Source: Priapulus caudatus
Taxonomy: Eukaryota
Assembly: GCF_000485595.1 (NCBI RefSeq)
Contig: NW_014577075.1
Span: forward strand, 525,311-589,310
Length of the DNA: 64,000 nucleotides
Direction of reading: 5' to 3'
Under the pieces are notes generated by a model. That model saw only the letters and a list, made by a program, of their open reading frames with translations. It was not told where the DNA came from and made no database searches. Shown one piece after another: positions 51,701 through 64,000 of the stretch (positions within the stretch are counted from its first letter, which is position 1; the number at the start of each line of letters is the position of its first letter). Made by a program: the position numbers and the translations under genes.

Positions 51701-53520
51701 AACGCTACCTCCACACCAGACCCGCCTCGTACACCTTACCTCCACCACGCGCCACGTAACCTTACCCTCCTACCCACCCGGCGCTCGTAATCCTTACCTC
51801 CACCACAGCGCCTGCGTAACGCTTACCTCCACCCACGCGTGACGTAAACCTTACCTCCACCCACGCGCGCTCGTACCTTACCTCCACCCACGCGCCTCGT
51901 AAACGCGTTCACCTCCACCCTACGCGCGGGCTCGTAACCTTACCTCCACCCACAGCGTTTTCAACGTAACCTTACTCGCACCCACCGTGACGTACCTTAC
52001 CTCCACCACGCGTCTCGGTAACCTTCCCCTCTAGCCCCACGCGCCTCGAACCTTACCTCCACCCCCGCGCAACTCGTAATCTTACCTCCACCCCCACGCG
52101 CTGCTCGTAGCCTACCTGCCACCCACGGCGTCACGTCACCTTACGCTCCACCCACGCGTCACGTCACCTTAACCTCCAACCCACGCGCGATCTCGTAACT
52201 TACCGTCCACCCACGCGTACGTAACCTTACCTCCACCCACGGCGTCACGTAACCTTCGCTCCACCCCGCGCCTCGTACGCTTCCTCCATGCCACGCGCGA
52301 TACTCGTAACCTTAGCGCTCCACACACAGCGCACTCGTAACCTTACCTCCACGCACGCGCTGGGAGGTCTCGTTAACTACCTCCACCCACGCGCCTCGTA
52401 ACCTTACGCTTCACCCACGCGCCTCGTAACCTCCTCCACCCACGGCGCCTGAAGCCTTACCTCCACCCAACGCGCGCTCGTAAACCTTACCTCACCCACA
52501 GGGTGCCGCCTGCGTAACCTTACGCCTCCAGCCTTGTACCGCGTGCACGGTAACGCTTACTCCAACCCACGCGCGACCTCGTCACCTTACATTCACCCCC
52601 GCGTGGACGTAACGCTTACTCGCACCCACCGCTCTCGTAACGTTACCTCCCCCACCGCCTCGTAAGCTTACTCCACCCACGCGCGCTCGTAACCTTACCC
52701 TCACCCCACACGTGACGTAACCGTTACCTCCACCCACGCGCTCTGCGTAACCTTACTCCACCCACGCGCCTGCGTAACCTTACCTCCACCATGCGCCTCG
52801 TAGACGCTTTACCTCACCTCACGCCGCCTCGTAAACCTTACTCCACCCACGCGCCATCGTAACCTTACCTCCACCACGCGCACTGGCGTAACCTTACCTC
52901 CACCCACGCGCAGCTCGTAACCTTACCTCCCCCCGCGTCCACTGTAACCTTTTACTCCACCCACCGCCTCGTAACCTTAACCTCCACCCCCCCACGCAGC
53001 CTCGTAAACCGTTACCTCACCCACGCGCCTGGTAACCGTTACCTTCCCTCACGCGCGCTCGTAACACTTACCTCCACCGGACCGTCGCCCTCGTAAACCT
53101 TAGCCTCCCACCCATGCGCCTCGTAACTTACCTTCCACCCACGTGCGCTCTCGTAACCTTACCTCCACCCACGCGCCTCGTAACGCTTACCTTCACCCAC
53201 GCTCACGTAACCTAGCTCTACCCACGTCGCCTCGTAAGGCTTACCCTCCACCCACCGCCACCTCGTAAGCCTTACCTCCACCGCAGGCGCCTCGTACCTT
53301 ACCTCCAGCCCCACGCGTCACGTAAGCCTCACGCGTCCACCCACGCGCCTCGTAACGCTTACGCTCCACCCCACGCGCCTCGTACCTTACCTCCACCCAC
53401 GCGCCTGGTAACCTTACCCTCCACCACGCGCCTCGGTAAACCTTACCCTCCACCCACAGGCGCTCGTAACCTTACTCCCCCACGCGTCACGTAACGCTTA
53501 CCTCCACCACGCGAATCGTA
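48780..53520. repeat. ~4.7-kb satellite of a 27-bp unit (CGTAACCTTACCTCCACCCACGCGCCT; variant ...CGCGTCA)
   Basis: Clean copies at 48780-48880. The rest carries many single-base indels consistent with uncorrected long-read sequence. Confidence 0.95.
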
Positions 53521-54082
53521 AGCTGCGATAGCTCACCGCTTTGTATTAATGTAACGGCCCTCGCGCATTTATGTAAGGCAATGAGCAGAGCTATTACTCT
53601 GCCCGAGCCCTGAGTGATAGAACACGCGAGACACAACACGTGTGGCGAATGGCAAGCTGCCGTACCAAACAGGGAGGAGTCAGAGGAAGGTATTACGACC
53701 TTTTGTTAATCAAATGCGACATGGTGGACGGATTAATAAATCCTAGATGCTTTTGCTGTGTACGTGCGCTCTTTTGACTTTTTATTTGTAGATGGAACGG
53801 AGTTTAGAAGCTGCTGCAAAATTTTTAATTTTGGAAAACTTGAATACAGCCTTGCTGAAGTCTGCAGTGTAAGGTGCCAGTGCCGGTGTGCATTCATTGT
53901 GGGGCGGCCAGGGAAGTTTCTACACGAACCTTATTTTTGGTGTAAAATGCGCAATAACCAAGTGACCATTTTCGCGTCTGTGCCGTGAAAAATGTTAGTT
54001 TAGCAGAAAAAGATTCTAAAAGATTTTTTTTGAGTAACTAATAAATAAATAAATAAATACAAGCACATATATATATATATAA

Positions 54083-54114
<32 letters not shown>

Positions 54115-54412
54115 TTAATATATATATATATATTGTGTGTGTGGCTTGCAAGCGTCAATCAAAGGAATGACATTGTGATTTCTCGAAAAACTTTTCGCTG
54201 ATTTCAATGAGAATTATTCGTATGTAATGGCGCCTTTGGGGAATGATTTGCCACCGTAATACGAGAAGAATTCCTTTTATCTCTGTTACCGTTAAACGAC
54301 GAAAGCGGCGTATGTTGTGCAGCAAAGTCGCAGGCGGAGGCTGACACTCGTAGACAGAGAAGTCTGCTGCTCTCTGCTCTCTGCCTTCTCATCTCCTCTC
54401 TCTCTCTCTCCG

Positions 54413-54453
<41 letters not shown>

Positions 54454-55458
54454 CTCGTTTCTTACTCTCTCGTCTCTCTCTCGCTCGTCTCTCTCCTCTC
54501 TCTCTCTTCTCTGCTCTCTCCATTGTTGCTCTCTGCTATCTCTCGCTCTCGCTGGGCATAAGCAAACACAACTACTAGCGTTTTCTATGTAACGCAGTAA
54601 ATGTGGTAAAACTGTTACATTATTCACGGCCTTTTATGTGAGTATCTAACCATGGGGCTCGGCCAGTTTGATGTGAACATTCACGATATGATCTTGTTGG
54701 GCGTTGCCGAATCAGACAGACCACTGTCGGCCATTTTGTCTAAAAAATGTTTGATATAATTTAATGAACATTTATTGAAAGAGTAGACACAATTATCAAG
54801 AAGTAAAACGTATTTAAGAGGGCTGAAATAAAAAATTCAGTTGTAGGATGTGCGTTAGCGGCACCCTCCCTCTACGCCCGGGGGAAAGTGACACCCTGAT
54901 CAGAGCCAGGCAAGGTAGGCCTATTATGCAGAAGTAGATAATGGGATCTGGTATTTAATTAAATTAGGTTACCTAAAAAGCTCATAATTAAGTAGGTTTA
55001 TTACGTTAGCACGTCGTTCAAAACGGTTATTTGATATTCTGAGACCTTTATGTCCATGTCTCTCGTGTGTAAAGTATGCGATATCACAATATTAAGTTTG
55101 GTATGGAACTAGTAGTAGTAGTAGTTCAGTAGTAGTACTAGTATTACAGTATAGTAGTAGTAGTACTATGTAGAAGGCAGTGGTTACGGATCGCAAAGTG
55201 TATCTTTAGGGCAAGAAACAGCCTGTATCTTTAAGCCGAGGCTTATAACGTCGTTCACACACCGAGACCTGTATTTATTGAAATAGGTATTTGCGAAATC
55301 CGAGCGAATTTCTGAGACAAATAACGCGCGAGCGTTCACCACGCTGATTGCGGCGCTCCAGAAATACGGTATGTTGGCGAGCTGCGGAGCTGCTTTAAAC
55401 AATCAGCAAACAATACGAAATAAACAATGCAATGCGCTACGCAAACTGCCAATAATAA

Positions 55459-55536
55459 TAGCGTAGACTGGTCCGCGGCTCAAGCAGTTCCACTCGCGTT
55501 ACACTGGAGCTGTCCGAGCGCGACCAGTCTATACTA
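55459..55536. mobile_element. 78-bp palindromic MITE with TAG...CTA termini and TAA flanks (Academ-like ends)
   Basis: TAGCGTAGACTGGTC...GACCAGTCTATACTA (13/15 inverted match). Inner stem GCAGTTCCA/TGGAGCTGT. TAA lies immediately on both sides. Confidence 0.65.
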
Positions 55537-55569
55537 TAAAATAGCGCGGCTTCAAAGATCCGGTATTTA

Positions 55570-55770
55570 GGCCGTTCACACGAGGATACGGCGGGTCGAA
55601 GAGATCGCGGTGTTTCTCAAGCACGGCAAATTATTCGGGTCTGGGAGCCGCGTCATTTACCATCAAAATACTGGATTTGTTTAGACCTACGAGTATTTCT
55701 TGGAGCCGGCGCATTTTGGCCTGGCGTGTGAACGCTAAATACGGATTTCTTGCTAACGTGTGAACGCGGC
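55570..55770. mobile_element. PIF/Harbinger-like MITE
   Basis: Ends GGCCGTTCACACG... and ...CGTGTGAACGCGGC, flanked by TTA/TAA. Confidence 0.55.
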
Positions 55771-56258
55771 TAATGTCGGGCCTTGCGACGGCGAAGCGAT
55801 TGGCTTTGGCGACTGGTTTTCTGCAATTTTCTGCAAACTGGTGGCCCAGTCGCAGCGACGATCGCGTCGGCAGTGAAAGTTCAGAACCTAAGCACCCCTG
55901 CGACTGCCTGCGACTGGCTTGCAACTGGAAAATTGTCAGTCGCGAACGCGATCGGCAGCGAGTCGTAAGGCATGTTCTAACTCTTGCGACCGTCGCAGCA
56001 ACGCGGCAACTAGTTCCACCGGTCGGCAAGCAATTGTTTTCATGGTTTACTACCGACATAACTATCGACATATCGAAAGCTGGCTTGCGATCGTGCGACG
56101 AGATTCGAATGGGCATAATGAACACATGCATAAAGAGCGAAACAATGCGAATGAAACATCAGTGCATATACAGTATATACAACATGCACACATGCAACAA
56201 GTCATGTAACTGCATTTAGTGGGCGATTCATCAGGCGATGCGTCACTTCGACGCTAAT

Positions 56259-56720
56259 GCTAGGGCACTACGAGGCGGATTTTTATCGCGGCCATCGCTG
56301 GCGATTAAACATTGGCCAGGCGAATTTAATCGCCCGATCAGCGGAAGAGGCACGACGTAGGGCGATTTTTATCGCCGCGATCACGAAGGGGCACACGTGA
56401 CGTAGCGAATTTGAGAGCGTAGCGTAGCGCCCAGCTCGACAGAACATTTAACATCAATGATATACAAACACGTCCGATTGTTTAAGAAAATTGATCGGGG
56501 CGAGCAATACGCCGGTCCACGCCACACCCCCGGAGGCGGATAATAATCGCCCGCGTAAATAATCGCCCGAAATATTCTAACATTTTGGATACGGGGCGAT
56601 TCGGTCGGCCGATAATAATCGGCCGTCGACGTGAACGGGGCAGCACGGGCGATTTCTTTCGAGGCGATTTTCAAAATTCCGCGGCGCTCGGGGCGATAAA
56701 AATCGTCGTGTGGCCTAGCC
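56259..56720. mobile_element. MITE-like element with imperfect TIRs and many internal GGCGAT/ATCGCC motifs
   Basis: Left gggcactacgaggcggatttttatcgc versus right gcgataaaaatcgtcgtgtggcc. Boundaries approximate. Confidence 0.5.
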
Positions 56721-57070
56721 ATAAGCACCGTTAGACCTAGACCTAAAGACTTAGCAGGCGCTTAGCACGCTTAGCACCTTAGCACCCTTAGACCCTATAC
56801 CTAAGACCGGTTAAGCAGCGTCTTCTCTTCGACTGGCCTGCGAACTAGCTCGCGACTGGTCGGCAGGCAGTCGCTGCAGTCGCATCGGCGACGACGGCTA
56901 AGCACTGCACATCGCAGTGAATTGCGGTGGAGTCGCGATATATATCTATAGATAATTAAGAATTTAATAATAAAAATAAAGTATAAAAAAACAGCAACGG
57001 AAGGATGGGTCCTGATATTACCACAAAAATATTACTATTGATAGAACTCCTGATTATTAGCAGTATATGA

Positions 57071-57270
57071 CCGTATTTTACTCGTGTATAAACCGCGACA
57101 CTATTTGTACACGGAACCTCAATAAAAAAAATAGGAGGTGGCGACTTGTAGACGAGGCTAAGAATCTGTATTAGATGTAGCGGGCAATTGTTTGTGCCAA
57201 ACGTTTTCAAGCCACAATTTGGTGTGCGACTTATTACATGAATAGATACTTATACACGAGTAAATAACAG
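57071..57270. mobile_element. Tc1/mariner-superfamily (pogo/Tc2-type) MITE
   Basis: TIRs CCGTATTTTACTCGTGTATAA and TTATACACGAGTAAATAACAG; TA follows the right end. Confidence 0.6.
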
Positions 57271-58227
57271 TACATGTAAAATCGTAATGAAATCCACACA
57301 GACGTGTTATTTTGGCGTGTCGGCACGGCATCGTTGTGTGTCATTCCGATTGGCAGCATGTTCCTCAATCCAGGAAAAGAGTTTGGCCTGTCGTCATCTC
57401 ATCCCAGCGATGCCCACCCCCCGGACATATTGATTTTACGAAATGAACATGCCCCAGCGACTTATAAACAATCGTACCCCCCCCTTCGTAACCATCATCA
57501 ATGCTGCCCTGGATCCCGGGAGGTCCGAGCTTGCTGCTCTGAATAAATCTGTAATGGTAACGGTGGGGTCGCGGGCGCTTTTGTAACATGGTTACTAGTA
57601 GGCATCTAACGCCTAGCTGTTTTGGCTTTAAGGTGGGAATTTTATAAGCTGATAGAATTCGATTTCGATTTTTGTTTTTAGTAGTGTAATTTACAGTATG
57701 TATATTTCATGTCATACATCATTAGTCGGCAGATTAAGCTTCCAATGACTATATTGTGCTATGGTTTTAGAAGGCTGGAGATCCCGACAGTGGTCAACGA
57801 GACCAGTTAATGGTAGGCACATTAATTAAAATTTGGTTAATCCAAAACTATATAAATCCTTTCACAAAATATACCTACTTTTCATTTTTTTATCGAGGAG
57901 AGTTTAAACGTTGGCTGCCATTTGATATTTATTTGCTCTGGCTAATATTTTTCTAATATTCATAGATGTCCGATGTAAAAAAAAAACCATGAAGAAAAAA
58001 AACGGGGAGGCGGGAAGTGAGAGATTGGCTGAATGCGCCCGCACCATGTAAGCAGTGGTGTCAACGAAAAAAAAATCCCCTTGCACCGTATGAAATGTGC
58101 CTGGAAGCGGAATAATGTGGTTAAACTAGGGCGGGTATACCCAGACTGCAATTGCTGTAAGCGGCGCTTGCTGCAAAGAAAATAACGGCCAAAAAAATTT
58201 AACTATCTATTATATCTAATGCATGGC

Positions 58228-58458
58228 ATCCATCCATCCATTCAATCCAATGCCATCCATCCACCATCGCACGTCGCATCCGCATTCCATCCCATCGCCA
58301 TATCATCGCATTCCATGCCATCCCATGCCATCGCCATGACATCCGCATGCAATCCCATCCCATCCCAAATCCATCGCCATCCCATCCGCATGCCCATCCC
58401 ATCCCATCCCATCCCATCGCCATCCATCCCTCGCATCCCAAATCGCCATCCATCGCCC
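58228..58458. repeat. Degenerate (CCAT)/(CCCAT)n tract
   Basis: Direct inspection. Confidence 0.8.
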
Positions 58459-58856
58459 AAAACAGTAAACCAGATAATAAGAATCAAAATTAAAGAAACA
58501 TAAAAATTAAAAAATGTAAAGTAAAAAATTAAAAAAATTAAAAAATATACATACTAAAGAGTATCCCGGTGTAAGGAGAACGGATGATCTAGGCCGGATT
58601 AGGCCATGCGCCGTTTAAGAAGTATACCCCATGGATTCATCAGCACGTAACGTGTATGTTAATCTGTACGCACCGGCCATCATATTGATGAATCGGAATT
58701 TTTTACCTTTTTTACCGTTTTTTTAAATTTTGTTTCAGCCAGAACCACCTCCCAGACGTGGCTGATTCTTGAGAAATATCATTTTGTTTTCTCTAGGCTG
58801 CGGAGTTCTCTAGTTATGCGGTACGGACTAATTCGCTAACAACTTTTATATATGTA

Positions 58857-59321
58857 CTAGCTGCGGGTACCCGCTGCGCCTGGTAAAATCGTGCTACTGA
58901 ATTCCATGGGACAGCAATAGGAAAGCATTGGTAAAAATGCGACAATAAAAGCATGATGCACACAATATCAATAGTTTAAGAAATCATCTAATTTAAGATT
59001 AATAAGGCATGGGAAAAAACTGTTATACGTAATGACATTTATATGAACAGCACAACCCAACTTAGAACGCCCTGGGACCATAATATTAATATGGTGTAAA
59101 GTAACAAAAAGATTATTATTTATAACAGGCAATGTACGAATGGGTTGGACGCTTTTCATTTGAAAAGCCTCTGATAAACAAATGTTTTTCGTGTTATTCT
59201 CTGGTGCGACATATGTAGCAGATTCGTCTGGCTATCAGGAACTGTTAGACGCTTCCCCACGCTACAGCTTTCCATTGTGAGATGCTACGCACGCAATAAA
59301 GAAATTCCATATTAATATAGA
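58857..59321 (-). mobile_element. Helitron-like non-autonomous element
   Basis: Plus strand shows aCTAGctgcgggtacccgctgcgcc (3' CTAG with an adjacent GC hairpin) at the left and ...ccatattaatatagat (5' TCTATATTAAT on the minus strand) at the right. Based on termini only. Confidence 0.5.
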
Positions 59322-59367
59322 TAGAAGACAGGCCAGCGATGTGGGGTCTGTTGCACTGGATGATTGT

Positions 59368-60264
59368 CTAGTGAATGCTGTGGCGCGCACCATGCAGCTT
59401 GTAATTAAGAAATTTTTTGTATTGAATCAGAAAATGCCATTAGCTTGGAATGTAGAATGCATTCGTCAGATCGAGCTACTGAACTCGAACTCTGAACTCG
59501 GATGTTGAGTAGTACCTCTGAAGCTGCGTCGGTTATGCTCTGTTTTAGTATTCGATCTTCGGTTTCGCTTTCACAATACCAAGACAGCTGATGAGGATCA
59601 TGAGGTGAGGGCAAGAAAATAGTCATAGGTTTTTTGTCTGTGGCAGCACTGTTGCAGTGAGTGCTGAATTGTGTGAAGATTGACGAATTAACTGGTTTTT
59701 CACGGATCTTTCCCGGCGAGTTTGACGTTTGACAGGTTTTTGGACAGTGACAGGAACACTCCCCCGGGTAATAAGGCAGATGGCAGGCGAGCGAGTGGGG
59801 AAATTTTGAAGTTATAAGCAGAATGTTACTCACTTGTTACGGCGTGCTAACGACTCAGGTGTAGTAAGGTAACTGTTACAGTCGCTATACCTCTCACTGT
59901 TCTTCTGTCTGCTTTCTGGGCTGAACTGGTTGACTGGGTGGTTAGTTTTTAGTATGGTTTCGGTTTGCACTATTAGCAGCAGCTGGTGAGTGTAGGAGAT
60001 AATGAAATTACTCATCCTCGCTGGTTTGTGGTGTGTTTTTAGTAATTGCTTTCGGTTTTAAACTATAGCCAGGCAATGAATGACGGGTTTTTCCACGGAT
60101 TTTTTGTGAGTTTGACGGTTTGCAGGTTTTTTTCAGGTGCTACGAACACTCCCGGGTAATAAGAGATGGCCTGTGAAAATTGCATGCCAGATGCGCTTGG
60201 GCGGTTTGGCCGCCTATAGGGAAATACTATACATACGAAACTCCAAATCTATATTAGATATAGA
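59368..60264 (-). mobile_element. Possible second Helitron-like element with an internal direct duplication (59691-59783 ~ 60082-60170)
   Basis: CTAG plus GC-rich hairpin-like sequence at the left, ...tatattagatataga at the right. The internal repeat is seen directly; the family call is inferred. Confidence 0.35.
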
Positions 60265-60594
60265 AATGTATATACACAAATATTTAACGGGTGATATCTT
60301 ATCGGCGTTTTACATATTAGTTTATTTAGGATTAATAATAAAATGCCAAGGCCATATACTGGGTAGCATAACAGGGGTCTCGCCCTAAGGGGTCAGTAAA
60401 TGGAATACTAGGGAATGTCTTAGTTTATCAAAGTGAATAACTATTAATAGTTTAATAAATTAAGGTTTGGATGATGCATGATCAGGCGTACTAAAAGTAT
60501 TTGTTGTACGGGCCATCATTGTTGTTTTCGTTACTGNNNNNNNNNNNNNNNNNNNNNNNNNGGTGAGATCATACTCAGTCTATGTTGGCTTACT

Positions 60595-61170
60595 CTCGAG
60601 CACCGAAGTCGACAGCGAAGTCATGCGAAACGAACGGAACATGGCTCGCTGTGTATTTCGAGTTCTCGAGCAACGAAGTCCAGGAAACAAAGCGAACATG
60701 GCCCCGCTCTGGTATTTCGCTTGCTGAGCACGAAGTCCAAGGCGGAAGTTCAGCGAAACGAAGCAAACATACCCCAGTCTTCAATGTTGCTTACTCGAGC
60801 ATTGAAGTCCGACGAAGTCCTAGCGAAACGAAGGGACGATGGCCGCACTCGTGTATTTTTTGTTGCTTGACAACGAGTCCCCAGCGAAGCAGGCAAAGTC
60901 CAGCGAAACGAAGCGAACATACCCCTCTCTGTGTGTGCTCCCGTACCGGTCGAGGGGCGGACGGAAGTCCCAGGCGAAGTGCGCCACGAAACGAAGCGAA
61001 AGCAGTGGCCCGCACCTGTCGTATTTCCGTCGGCTTGCTGGCGGAGCACCCGAAGTCGCAGCGACAACGAAGCGAACATGGCCCCGTGCTCTGTGGTATG
61101 GGTCGCGGTGGCTCGAGCAAGCGGCAAGGCTGCCAGTGAAGTCAGCGAAAGCGAAGCGAACATACGCCGC
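60595..61170. repeat. Noisy ~60-70-bp tandem repeat (gagcaccgaagtccagcgaaacgaagcgaacatggcccc...)
   Basis: Recurrent cgaagtc / gcgaaacgaagcgaacat anchors, following a 25-N gap. Confidence 0.8.
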
Positions 61171-64000
61171 GCAGTGCTCCATGTTGCGTGCTCCTGTCTG
61201 TATAATCGCCCCGCCTTGATAATCGTAGTTTCAATACTAACCCTTCGATATCTAATTGAATATCGATGCACCCCCTTTGATATCCTATTTCATATCTAAC
61301 CCCCCTTGATATCTAATGATATTGATCTCCCCCTTTATATTCTTTATATCTACGACATTAATTGACATTAAAAGTTAGGGAACGCTCGCTAATAGAGCAT
61401 CACGCACACATGTTTGGTGACTCTCGATGCCAACATTGTGTGTATAGATGGGGTATCCGTCCAAAGGCTCAAGCAAATGTATCATTGTCACCAGAGAAAC
61501 AGCCAGTCAGAAGGCACTACCTTCGAGTTCATCGCCTCCGACAAAAGCCTTCTTACTGCAACAAAGGCAGGTATCCTGTCCCATGCAGACAACGAAGCAG
61601 AACTTCGTGAATGCTCTTGTGAAATTACTGGAAAGATAGTGCTGCAAACACGAAGTGTTGTCATAGTCCTGATGATGCGACTTGATATCGTACTGAAGGC
61701 TATTACAAAAGTGAGGTAATTCTGCTCTGGGTAGGTGACGGAGCACGAATCTGCTAGTGTTATTGTCATTACTTTAAAGCAGTGATGAGACAAACACCCA
61801 ACAACATCTACATGTTCCGCCCGTCTTCAAACTAGCTGATGTCGATATAAGAAACATGCAAAGGTCCTAAGACAACCGTGTATTGGAATGTAAGCGTATT
61901 CGTACGAGAAGCAGCCACTGCATTTTGATGTCCTGAGCAGTATGGGCAGTTACATTTTGTCCTACCTATATCACTCCAAAGGTGTCCACGAATTCACTCG
62001 AGGATCATCAAGATTTGGTGAGCCAATGTAATTTACAGTACTTGGAGTAAACACTTTGCTTAAGATTGGTTTATGAACTGCGGCAAATATAATTGATGTT
62101 TAATTGAACAGTCTATTTAGTATTATGAATGAAATTGCTAAAACATTTATATTAATTAAACTAATTATTCTTAATCATGGTTATATTTCAGGATTTACAG
62201 GAGAAAGTTGAATGGGAAGAAGGCTATTCAGTTAAAAGTGACCCTTTCGCCTCCTACCGTCGCTAACTGCTTATCAACATATATCTGAGGATTTGCCGTC
62301 AGGTGAGGTCTAAGGTCCAGTTCTCTTTTTTTCTTAGAAAATAGATGGTTCGATTTAACTTTCAAAATCGTTTAAAATAATTTTAATCCACAAAAGAACA
62401 CGATTTTCATCAGGTCGCAGCAATGGCTCGGGAACAGCGCTTGGGGCCAGAAGAATACGTTAGGAGAGATGTGGCGGGTAAAGCGTTACCTGTGGCAAAG
62501 ACATTTAGATGTTCTGCCCGGAAGCTACAAGAAGAATCTTTCTTGTGCCTTGAAGAAAGGCTGTGGAAAAACCAATGTAGCTGCAGAAGAACATGGGTTA
62601 TTCTGTACTGACATATGTGACTTGTGTTCACGAATGCTGCGAGAAAAGTACATGGTGTAGACGAAGAAGAAGACGAAAGATTTGCGAATGAAAATGATGA
62701 AAACATTTGAAATCTGCAAGATGAGGGGATGATTGGTTCTCCGAGTTTGATGATGAACATTAACTGTAATCGGCTCATATAATAAGAACTCTTTACATAT
62801 TTCTCTATGCTTTTTCTAGAGTGTTTTTTAAGTGTTTTTTCATTCTAAAGAATTTTTCTTTAATCTGAGTGACAAGTAAATTGCGTAGGCCCAATACTAG
62901 CCTCATACACGAGCGAGCACGCACGCGAACGCACGCACGCACGCACGCACCACGCACAAACACACACATACACACCACACACACACACACACACACACAA
63001 CCACACACACACAGACAGACACAGCACACACACATGTTAACACACACAACACATAAATATGTAGTAGATATATATATATTTATGTGTCAGTGTGCAGCGG
63101 CAGCCAGCGTTTGTTGCAGAGAGCATTTGGACGGCATTTACAGAAATTGTCCGCAAATAATAGGTGAAAGAGAGTATAGAAATATTAAGACTTTGGTACC
63201 TATAGTAAATAGAATTTCGTATTTATTTAGCATTATATTTCATTGAAACGCTCAAGCTGTTGTGTGTGTAATGTTGTACTGCAGATCTAAATAGCAGCCC
63301 GTAAGGAGCGTACACGTGGTCAGACGCGCCAGTCTAAATGTTGCGCGTTATTATCGGTAGAGGGCGTGTCGAGGCGTCGTCGCCGACATAGTGCAAGCAC
63401 GGATTTAGAGAGTTACTGGTGAGTAGTTTGTTGTCGCTCGATGCACCGATGTCACTCGATGTCAGTCAAGCCCTTGTGTGCCGAGTCTCACACGGATGTG
63501 ATACGGGTCACGATGACACGTTAACTTTCATCTCGATATCAGCTAATGCATTTTCTTTGCCTGCCACTCAGTTGTCCGAGCCCTCGCGCTTGCACGCCGC
63601 AGCCGACCCGCCACTCCTAACAATTCGCCGTTTCATCACTCTCTTCGACATTTTGCGTTCGTGGCGTTTCGCTTCCACGCTCAGGGGCAAAATTTCGTCC
63701 TGAAAGCCCCGTGAATTAAAGCCCCTCCAGGCGTTCGTGGCTGCCTTGACATCCAGCCAGGGTTCGCGTACACTAATAAACACGAGCGCGTGCTCTGCTA
63801 CGGGCACCACGAGAGCGGTAGTAGACGTGAGAAACCAGGTGAGTTATCGTCGGCATGAAGGAGACAGCGTACTTTAATAACCGCCTCCCCCATGCCGACG
63901 CTTGCGTGCTTATTCATAGCGCGGCTGTCGAGTGCGCCGTGATATACTGTAACACCGTGCCGCTGATTGCAGCAATTACGCTGGGCAGCTGTTTCGTCCT

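Noticed and set aside
63568..63810. AEHALVF peptide resembling a P-element/THAP9 transposase motif
   Set aside because: The similarity does not extend on either side and is too short to support a call.

Overview
Repeat-rich invertebrate (metazoan) genomic DNA from a gapped draft assembly; nothing here looks prokaryotic. The main feature is the 5' part of an alpha7-like nicotinic acetylcholine receptor alpha-subunit gene on the minus strand. I rebuilt seven coding exons by hand (31634-31580, 29266-29127, 20595-20551, 17966-17857, 15862-15725, 1457-1342, 823-629; 55/140/45/110/138/116/195 bp). All have GT-AG boundaries and compatible phases, and three of them are absent from the ORF track. The spliced protein reads [266 protein letters not shown]..., and the M2-M4 exons lie left of the window. 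An indel-riddled second copy of exons 6-7 sits next to a 25-N gap (10121-11971) and is probably a long-read gap-fill artefact. The rest is introns and upstream DNA with a decayed Academ-like transposon, several MITEs (one carrying telomeric repeats), Helitron-like non-autonomous elements, a 4.7-kb 27-bp satellite, mini/microsatellites and five N gaps. I found no convincing previously undescribed biological system; the findings are modest leads.
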